Of a stretch of 64,000 nt of DNA, positions 53,346-64,000 are shown one piece after another. This stretch comes from Octopus sinensis. Lineage: Eukaryota. The notes beneath the pieces are model-generated. The model was not told the origin of the DNA. It searched no databases and saw only the letters and a list, made by a program, of their open reading frames with translations. Within the stretch, counting starts at the first letter, position 1. Every line of letters starts with the position of its first letter. A program made the translations under genes and the position numbers. The stretch lies in the NCBI RefSeq assembly GCF_006345805.1, contig NC_043005.1:107756001-107820000 (forward strand), in the 5' to 3' direction.

Positions 53346-55504
53346 ATGATGACAGAGCACAAATGAGCTAAGATAAAAAAAATCTGTTCGTATGAGTAAC
53401 AAGATGTATATAAGAGAGCAGACAGCGTTGGCATTGACATATGGTGCATGAAAAGAATTGCTCATATATCTTGGAAGATACTTGAGACAGAAGAACCAGG
53501 AAAGATATGGAATAAGGTGGAACGGGCAGATTTTGAGGGTGTCGAACCTCGTAGAGTAGATAATGGATTGCAGCATTTCAAGAAATTGATTTAGCAGTAA
53601 TTTCCAAAGAGTAAAATAACAATAATGAATTTATATTTTGGTTTCTAACGCTAATATCTTTTATGCATATGCACTGATATCTCAATTTTTCTCTCCTGAT
53701 AGAGAATTTTCCTTCATGACATTCAACATACCTGTTTCTGCATGTAAACCTACTTTTAGGGATAAAGCTGTATTTGAAACTACTTCAGAGGATTTCGAGG
53801 AAAGAACGTGATATCAGTATTCGTGGATGTAGGTTGAAAAAATTGATACGGCAGCAATCAGAAAATATCTTGTGGCACATTGATCAGCTGCATCTACTTC
53901 TCTTACTTCCCGTTCAGTTTCAATTTTATTGCTTTTGAGATCGAGAATAGGAGTATCAGATAAAATAGAAGTGTCGATATATTCTCCTGGAATCCTTAAC
54001 GTCCATACCATAGTATGGCAACTTTCCAAACGTCAGTAAAATAATAATTTATAAGTACGCTATATGTACTTAATGGAATATATTTTGTCTGAAACTTTCT
54101 GTCTTTAATCTTATTCTAGAAATTTCATTTCACGTAACTACACCCTCATTAGGCTTTACTTACTCAGATTATCACATACATAGAAAGGTTCATAAGAGAG
54201 CTAGATGAGTTAATTGGTGTCAGGCGGGTAGAATCTAACAATTTGTTATTGCTCCAAGTCTGCGAGTGAGAAAGAGAGAGAGTGATAAAATGAGTAAGGA
54301 AATAACGATCCATTATTTGTGATTCTTCCTTCTTTTTTTTATTTTCTGCTATGTTAATCACATTACTTGTTGCTCGTGCTTGCTTATTGACTTATTATAA
54401 CAATTCTGTACTATGGTTCAAGCTCATAGATTGAAAGGGTCGCATTTGCTGATACTATTACTTGTGATGTTGCTGTGTTACCCCATATTAGCACTGAGAT
54501 GATGCATGAACAATAATGTTCATATATTTGTTGTTAACTGCTAGTAGCCCTGACTGTCGACACATGGTCGAAGACATGTTTATGATTGTTCTTCTTGGTG
54601 ATGTTTACTGCATAGAAGCTTTCGCCGAATGATCCTATATTTACAAGCTTTCATTCAGATTTAGCCGTTCATTTTAATCGCGCATTATGCATCTGAGGGT
54701 ACAGCTATTGGATGTATTCATTTCAATATGACAGCACATGATTAGGGATGAGACTTGGCTGATATTTCTAACATATCAGGTAATTACATAAAGAGCTCCC
54801 TCGCTGGCTTGGGAAGAGGCATTGTTCCCCAGATCCCGTTATTTTTAATCCTCTCTAAGAACATATTATCCAACATGTTCTTCATACTTACAAGGTAGTA
54901 TGGCGTTCGAGAAAGATATCGCTGTTATTTCTAGTAGGTCGAATGTAAAGGATTGGTAAACTGCCTGTGCTTTTCTAGTACTGATTGGTCCTAGCATGAA
55001 GGAGAACTCTGTAGATCAAAATCAATTATTCGTATGCATTTAGTGCACCAATCTTCTCATTCAGCCAGTAACCAGTACAATATCTTAGTACATACCAAAT
55101 GTTCTCTGAATGGTATAAATCATTTTGCTGTGAGATAGCAAAGAAATGAAACATTTTCCGGCACAGACGTTCCGCGGACAAACCTGAAACGTTTAGCAGA
55201 AATGCTTACTGAAAATATTCTCAGGAAACATTTGGAATAAACATACCATATATCTCTGATAACCCGTTCAGCTAGACATTTATACTTATATTCTTTTTCA
55301 CTGCAAAGTAATTTATTCAGTCTTATGATGTTTTTGTACTTAATATAGGAATTAATAAAAAAAAATGATAAGTGGAGTGAAATATCAAATGTATTAACAG
55401 AAGGAAATAAAAAAAATATAATAGCATATCTAACAAAGGAACATTTCCCTAAATTCTCCAAGGATTTTGGCATTGGATCTTAGTCATTTTACATTATTTC
55501 AATC

Positions 55505-55832
55505 AGGTCAGAATACATACATACATATATATATACAAATACACACATACACACCACACATATAAACACAGATATACACATACAAGCGCGCGCACACACA
55601 TTCACACACACATGTATGTATGTATACATTTATATATATATTTTCATACAGAATACACATACACGCATACTCAAATATAAATATGTACATACATTTGTCT
55701 TTATATTTATGAGTATATATATGTGTCTGCATGTATATATATATGTATATATATATATACATACATACGTATATATATACACACACACATACACACATAT
55801 ATATATATACATATATATATATACACACATAC

Positions 55833-55863
<31 letters not shown>

Positions 55864-56544
55864 GTTATATATATACACAATGTATGCTCACAAATATTTG
55901 GAATGGAAACAGAATTGGTTGTCGGTCTGTGCGGTCTGGCAAGATGCCTGGACAGAGAGTGAGAGCGAGAGAGAGAGAGGGGGGAGGAGAGACATATAGG
56001 TATATCTAGTGAGTGTGCTCTAGTTTAGTATATTATATTGTATTGATCACTTATTATTCCTATTAATGATTAATTAATGAAATTAGTGGAGGCAAGCACA
56101 TACATTGCCGACAATTATAAATGAGAACGGTGCATGAAATAGGAGAGGAAAAAAATAAATATTAAGAAAGAAAGGAAGAAGAGCTTAAGAAAGAAAGGAA
56201 GAAAAGACTAAGGAACGAAAGATTGAGTGGAAAAGAGTAAGAAAATAAAGAGGAAAGAGAAGGAAAGAAAGAGTGCATTTTTGGCAAGGAATTAAGGAAG
56301 GATGGAAGGATAGGTGTAAGAAAATGGTATACTCTTTCACCCATCCCTCCAGTGGAACCAGGGGTTTCTCATTTTGGTCTAGTCGATTGGGGAAAAAGAG
56401 AGGTGATAGAAAGAGGGTAGGGAGAGAGAGAAAGAGAATAAAATGATTAAAAGAGAAGCGTACTGACTGATTGAGAGGGTGAAATTATATTTATATATAT
56501 ATATATAGGTAGGTATATATGTATATATATATGTGTATATATAT

Positions 56545-56594
<50 letters not shown>

Positions 56595-56619
56595 TATACA
56601 TATATATATATATATATAA

Positions 56620-56683
<64 letters not shown>

Positions 56684-56745
56684 GTACATATGCATGTATG
56701 TATTTGTATATATGTGTGTGTATATATGTATGTATGTATAAGGTT
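55505..56745. repeat. (AT)n/(CA)n tracts and a purine-rich low-complexity stretch
   Basis: Directly visible. Confidence 0.85.
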
Positions 56746-56799
56746 GAGGCAAAAATTGCTTTTGTATTTCAAAATTAACTTGAAAGTTCAAGCAAATTA

Positions 56800-57793
56800 C
56801 ATCGGGAAGGCATTTCTTCATCGAAATATCTCCTCTCGTATTCTATTATCTGTTGCCTCAATGTCAATACCATTTATTTGGGTTGGAAGCAAAGATCTCC
56901 CTGCATCCGATTTCGACCTCATCCTCGTTGTTGAGTCTCCGTCCGTACAGGAAATGAGCCATATCTTGGGAAAGGAAGTAATCTGATGGCACAAGGTCTG
57001 AGCTGTAGGCAGAGTGAGGCAGCACTTCAAGCCTCTCAAGTGCCTCGAGTTAGCACTTGGTCACGTTATCTTGCTGTAGTAGTGCACGTTTTCCACTGAT
57101 CAATACCGGTTGGTAAGCCTTCAAAGCAACATAATATACTCGCTACAGTTATTGAGTATAAAGGTTAGCGTTCACAGCAAGATATTCGGGGATCATCTCA
57201 AAGTGAAACATCCACTCTAAATTCCACCGGATACACAACGCGACTTTCTGTTGAAACAGGCCTTATTTGACAACAGGTTCTGAAGTCTGGCCCAGATGAA
57301 GCCACTGATTTCTTTTATTAGGTTTAAAAAATGGATCCATCTTTCATCCCCAGTTTCAATTCGACGCCAAAAGAAGGGAATGATTTAGATTTGTATTCAA
57401 ATGTTCACACGTCGTTAAGCCTGGTCATTGGTCAGTTAATGAAGAACTCGACAGCGTCTGTGCACAAAGACGAGGTTATGGAATTGTCGATGGATGGGGT
57501 TTTGTGAAGGACCTATTTCTGCTGATAATGTACGAATGCTTTTGCTTGAGGTTTGTTCAACCAGTTCAAGCAAGACCTCATTGTCCACAACAGGAGGTAT
57601 CCCTGACCTTAGTTTGTCTTCGCGGCTGATGTCACCTTCTTTGAAACTTCTGAATCAGTTTTGTGCCTTACGTTCGTTAAGAGCTCCTGGGACTTCTACA
57701 TTATTAATTTTGTTTTCCACTGCCCTTGCACCCAGTCCTTTTAGCCGCAGGTAGGGTTAAAGGACAGTTTTTGTAATTTTTTTCGCCACTCAT
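56800..57793 (-). mobile_element. mariner (DD34D-type) transposase pseudogene
   Basis: NWFRSFKEGD...[40 protein letters not shown] (YSPDLAPSDY motif); many stops and frameshifts. Confidence 0.88.
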
Positions 57794-59119
57794 TATCAAA
57801 GCTATAAAATAAAAATAAACAATTCAGCAATGATTGGTCAAGTTATAATTGATGATATACAACATGGAGATACAACTTGCTAAATAAGTGTGTGTGCGCG
57901 TGTGAGTGCGTGTCTGTGTGTATGTGTGTGTGTGTGTGTGTGTACATAGTTCCTGCGACCAAGTTTTCGATTCTACTACTTCATTTGTTAGAGGAGCTTT
58001 TAGCTCCCTAGTGAGGAAGGTTGTAATGCAAAAGGATTGATAAAAATCTACTTATAAGTCGTTTTATCCAACAATGATGATTTAAGTAAATGAAATTTAG
58101 ATACAAGTACGAGAATCCCTTATTAAGTAAAAATGACCAATAATTGTTATATTCAAATCATATGTTCAAAGGACGCTGATTCAATCGCCAAAGAAGATTG
58201 TAAACTTTTGGGTAACGACTGGTTACCCTTGAGATAAAAGTAACCTATGAAGTTCATCTCATTTTAGCAATTAATTCGTGAGTTTTGGTGAGTTCGTATT
58301 GTCAGACTTTATTTTCGAGACATTTACACATGTATAACATGAATAGGTTCAAGTAAAGTGATATCGAAGTCAACCTCTCCAGTAGACACCACAGGATTTC
58401 TAATTCTATCTGTTGGTGATGTCATTTTCTAACAAATGGGTGAACGCTTATGAAAATGAGAACATCTGCGACGAAACGTCATCGGATGTTTAAGCATTTT
58501 TGCAGTCTTTAAATTTCCCGAAGATATTTGCGCTTCTTTTGTTATACAAAGCAGACATTTTTTGTTCCAATGGCATATGAGCTACTTATGGATGTTCAAA
58601 CGAACTGACGTTGATGTCAGAGCTCTGCGAAGTAATAATTTTAACGAAATACTTTATAAGAAAAGATTTTCTTTTCTTTTTTTGATAATGGCAGACTTTC
58701 AAATTGTTTATGGTATACATTATGAACTGGAATATGAAAAAAAGATTGTTTTAGATAATTTAAAACGCTTATATATTTTGGCAAATAGCCACGCTTGTTG
58801 TTAGCCTCTATCGAAAATGACCTCAAATGTAAGAATAGGTACAGATCTGAAAGGTGTTAATGATAGCCTGAAAAATATAAATTATATGTACCCAAATTAT
58901 TTTCAAATGAATATCAAGAATTTAAAATAAACAATCAATTAAAATAATTGATCAAACAGAACTTCAAGTGAAGCATTTTAAGCTATACAATGGAATATAC
59001 AAGAACTATAATTAGGAAATATTAATTTGAATGAAAAAGAAAAACAATACGAATATAAACAACAGCACTATCAGAAATTACGGTAGTTCTTTGAATTTTG
59101 CAAGTTTTTTAGGTCACAA

Positions 59120-59900
59120 AAAACTGTCTGTTTAACACGAGATAGCACAACGAAAAATATGGACGAGTTGTCCCCACGAATTTATCTAAGAGAATTCCAG
59201 AAAAAAAAGCCATACATCTCGAAAGAAGAGCTGAAGGTCTCCTCATAATCTCTAGATATGTATGCATGCCAGAATGATTATTCCATCGATCGGGTCAGAT
59301 TTTACGAAAGCAAAAACCTGGTCTTTAAAGACGAGTGTCAAGTAAGGAAACAGGTAGAACTTGTGCAGCTAAAGGCGATGCAGCAGTACATGAAGTAAAG
59401 CAGTAAGAGTTTATTTACATACACAAACAGATTTATTGATAGATGTAGGTTTTTGATTGGTTGTTTCCTTTACATGCTGGTCTTTATAATCTTTGATGAC
59501 TACAGGGCTATTCCAGAGTTGTACTCTATCGAAAGAAGAGAAAAGGGGTCAAACAGAAAAACTATGCGGTGCAGAAGGGCCAGCTGCAACAAATGTATTT
59601 CTTTACTACCCACAAGGAGCTGAATATAGAGGGGACAGACAAACGGATTAAGTCGATTACATCGACCCCAGTGCGTAACTGGTACTTAATTTATCAACCC
59701 CGAAAGGATGAAAGGCAAAGTCGACCTCGGCGGAATTTGAACTCAGAACGTAACGGCAGAAGAAATACAGCTGCGCATTTCACCCGGCGTGCTAAAGTTT
59801 CTGCCAGCTCGCCGCTACAACAAATGTGACAGTAAATGACACCTCAAGAGATTTCTACCTAGCGGAGACATCAAAAGAAGACAAGACGGCAGCGGTAAAA
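59120..59900 (+). mobile_element. Decayed LINE ORF1-like relic interrupted by a SINE
   Basis: Removing the SINE and one TSD copy gives RRASCNKCDSK*HLKR, a decayed CX2CX4H knuckle. Confidence 0.4.
59597..59815 (-). mobile_element. SINE family B, full length, with 10-bp TSD
   Basis: caacaaatgt at 59587-59596 and 59818-59827; well-preserved body. Confidence 0.93.
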
Positions 59901-60419
59901 GCAGCAGCAGACTCCATAAATGTATGATGCTACTGATCTATCAAACTGTCATTGGCTGCATTTCCAAAGATTGCTAAATCGCCTCATGCCTGTAGGACCA
60001 ACAATGAAGCTGATGAGGTGCGATGTGTATCCTGCAGAAGAGCAACAGTCGAAAGTAACGATTGGCTGCACCACCCCCGCCATCATCTAGCAGCAATGAA
60101 AATTGGTGGAAGCTGATCAAAGAATGCAACACGAGAAGGAACTAATAGTAACATGCTTTCGGGGTCGGTAAATTAAGTACTAATCAAATACTGGAATTTC
60201 AGGTCTTGTGGCTATAGTAGAAAGGATTATTATTATTTTTATTTATGTTATTATTCCTGCTATTAACATCCTTAGCACCATCTCCATAGTCAGAGATTTC
60301 ATTTTTATGATCATATCACGACCGATATTTTCGCAGTGGTATCACTAAATTGCACGTAAAAGTTTAGAGTTCTAACATGGCTGCTTATTTGAACACACAC
60401 AAACATTCACACTCAAAAG

Positions 60420-60475
60420 CATATGCATAAATATGTGCGTATATGTATATATACATTTGTATATATATATATATA

Positions 60476-60555
<80 letters not shown>

Positions 60556-60568
60556 GTATATATACATA

Positions 60569-60609
<41 letters not shown>

Positions 60610-60626
60610 CATATATATATATATAT

Positions 60627-60671
<45 letters not shown>

Positions 60672-61252
60672 CATATGTATATATACATATATGTATATAT
60701 ATATATAACATATGTATATATACATATATGGGTATATATATATATACATATGTATATACATATATATATGTATATTCATATGTATATATATATATGTTTA
60801 TACATATATATGTATATACATATATATATACATATATATATATACATACATACATATATATATACATACATACATACACATATATATATATATGTATGTA
60901 TATATGTATATATGTATCCCTCTATATATAGGTCTGGTAGTACAAAACTCAAAATATGAACATATACGAAATTCTCGTTTTTTTTTGTGACTACCGCCTA
61001 TTAAATGCACACAAATGGGGGCGCGCACACTGAAGCACACATATTAAAGATACATTAATGAAAGAAAAATGAATTTATTTACGTTAAAGACATCTGTGAA
61101 TTTTCTGTAAGTAAAAACATTATCTAGACTCGTATTTCATTGGTGACAAACCTCCGAGTTAAATGTAATGTGAGTGTGAGTACATAGGTATGCATATATC
61201 CATCTATATACCTACCTATCTATCTATCTACCTATCTATATCTATCTATCTC

Positions 61253-61317
<65 letters not shown>

Positions 61318-61321
61318 ATAT

Positions 61322-61398
<77 letters not shown>

Positions 61399-61445
61399 TA
61401 CATATATATATACATATATATATACATATATATATGTATATATAT

Positions 61446-61479
<34 letters not shown>

Positions 61480-62084
61480 CATATATATAGATACAGAGAG
61501 TGAGAGAAAGAGAGAGAGAGATACGTATATAGATATACATATAGGCATACTCACACACACACATACCACCTAAACACGCGCGCATATACAACATATAAAT
61601 GCATATACATTTTTATGCATGTTGTAGTTGTTAATCACCTTTCAAATTTCCATTTATTCTTTTGTCTTTATATTCATCCTATTATTTTGTTTTTCTTTAT
61701 CCTCTGCCTTGTAAACATTTAGATATCTATCTAATTTACCATATCTCTGTCTTCTTGTTTTTATATATATCCGTATTGCTTGTATATACATTTGCACACA
61801 TACTCACATATGCACATATACTGTGTTCTTCTCCCTAACTTCCCATCTATTTGGCTCTAAGAATTAATATCATGAATTGAGTTATAAAGACTGAACCGTA
61901 AAACGAATTATTTCTTTCATTTTTGGCTTGTATAATTTGTTTTTGTTTATTTTACTTCGTGTGTGTCTATTTGTGTTTTTCTTTGTGTATGTGTGCGTAA
62001 GTATATATATATATGTGTGTGTGTGTTTGTGTGTATTTGTATATATATATGTATATATATATATAATATATATATATATTATAT

Positions 62085-62142
<58 letters not shown>

Positions 62143-62255
62143 TGTATGTATGCATGTATGTATGCATGTATGTATGTATGTATGTATGTATGTATGTATG
62201 TATGTACACAAACAAAAACACACAAATACACACACGCACACACATATAAATCAAT
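60420..62255. repeat. (AT)n, (TATC)n (~61195-61320) and (TATG)n tracts with unique spacers
   Basis: Directly visible. Confidence 0.9.
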
Positions 62256-62499
62256 ATATTTGAATGTAGAATGCCAGAAACAACCTCTTTAATTCCCCCA
62301 AATGGAACAATTTATGGAAAAAAGCATCGGAAATATTAACCTTTGAAAATTATGTTAAATATACGCGAGGCTATAGATTAAAGAACAAAACGTAAATAGA
62401 TATAGAAATATATGAAATATATGCAAAACTTTGACATAACTTTAACCACAATATCAACAATAATGCTATCAATAATAACGACGATTCCTAATATGGCAC

Positions 62500-62517
62500 A
62501 ATAATAATAATATTGAG

Positions 62518-62559
<42 letters not shown>

Positions 62560-62600
62560 TAATAATAATAATAATAATAATAATGATAATAATAATATTG
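62500..62600. repeat. (AAT)n microsatellite
   Basis: Directly visible. Confidence 0.95.
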
Positions 62601-63300
62601 AGATAGGTTTATGGTGAATTGCAACATAGACCCTATAATTGAGATTTGCTTATTTCTCCGTTCGTTTATTTTTCTTTTTACAAAGTTATGTACAGTGAAG
62701 AAGTTTTATTGTAATTTAAAGTGCTCTCGATATTCGCCTGATACTTAGTTTAGTTTATCGATATCAAGTTTTCTTCTTCAGAGAAAAAGGTATTCAATTT
62801 TTCGAATCGCGCAATGAATTGAATAGACACCCCACACACACGCACACACAGTCAATTCTTGACAAATACTTATTTAATAGATCCACGAACTTCGATCTTA
62901 GGCTTAAAACCACGCATATAGACAGATCTTTAAAGTTATTTACATCATAAGAAAATACTACATTAATTCAACGCGGGAACTTCACAACTACAATGGGTGG
63001 GATGTGAACTGAGAGTAGGAAGATATATGCATCCAAAGTTCTTCCACTTGTAATTTCATCAATAAGAAAATCGGTAAGTCACAATAATTTTTGTGAGGAG
63101 ACAGATTGTGGCTGATTAACATACATATCTCTCACGTAAGTGTTAGTACTCTGAGCAATATTATGAGTTCGCTTTCATCCGGAATCGAATCTGATTTGGT
63201 TTTTCTGGCTGCTACCATTGCCATATGACCTTCTGTAAATCAGTAGCCATTAACAAAATGCAGCCGAACTGAATATATCCCCTTTGTATTGCAATTTTTG

Positions 63301-63620
63301 GAGGCGCAATGGCCCACTGGTTAGGGCAGTGGACTCGCGGTTTCGATTCCCAGACCGGGCGTTGTATGTGTTTAGTGAGCGAAAACACTTAAAAGCTCCA
63401 CGTCGCTCCGGCAGGGGGTGGTGGTGACCCCTGTTGTACTCTTTCGCCACAACTTTCTCTCACTCTCTCTCTCTCTCTCTCTCTCTCTTCCTGTTTCTTG
63501 AGTAATGCTTCGATGGATTGGCGTCCCGTCCAGCTGGGGCAACACATACGCCACAGAAACCGGTAAACTGGGCCCATGAGCCTGGCTAGGCTTGAAAAGG
63601 GCGACGTTTATCGTTTATTG
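63301..63620 (+). mobile_element. SINE family C with an alternative 3' tail
   Basis: Head and body match 36435; after the (CT)n tract it continues gatggattggcgtcccgtccagctgggg... Confidence 0.85.
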
Positions 63621-64000
63621 TATTGCAATTTAACCGTACCTGGCCTTCAAAAGTTGCTCCGGCTCCAAGCATTTTATCCATTCTTTTGTACTAAAAACTT
63701 GATAAGCGATAATGTTTGTTTCTGGTGGTCGCAAAAATTAGTTTCAAAGCTGTGCTGAAAGTTGAAGGGATAATATTCTTCAGTACAATATTCTGTAATT
63801 AAAATGTGTAAATACTTTTTGGGTAGTACCTGGAAGTTTTGATAAAGGTATGCCCTGAAATTTATCTATTTTTTGAAATTTCACTACTTCAGTCTAATAA
63901 TGTCATGAAGGTTAGACAATTTTAAGTAAACAAAATTAATTGTGGAAAGAAAACCTCAAACTGAATATTTCAAAAATTAATTTTTATTCACTGGACTAAA

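Noticed and set aside
53410-54030. IDIWCMKRIAHISW (RTE-like) and a 71-aa minus-strand ORF
   Set aside because: Likely an ancient LINE trace, but boundaries and identity are unsupportable; not a host exon.

Overview
Eukaryotic, very AT-rich DNA saturated with microsatellites. The SINE repertoire and (AT)n/(TATG)n density point to a cephalopod, most likely an octopus (inference). I found no host protein-coding exon or genuine RNA gene, and almost all ORFs in the track are translated microsatellites. The window consists mostly of mobile-element relics: three tRNA-headed SINE families, a CR1-clade LINE, RTE and Tx1/L1 LINE fragments, a Penelope-like element (RT plus pseudo-LTR), four Tc1/mariner relics, Helitron-type ends and a hAT-type MITE. 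The most interesting signal is a set of minimal hammerhead-ribozyme motifs. One family sits in a TSD-flanked, head-to-head palindromic element whose arms each have a tRNA-like head (20076-20659). A second family has a recurring non-canonical core (CUGUNGA) and is attached to the Penelope RT. A 355-bp fold-back palindrome caps a 5'-truncated RTE LINE.
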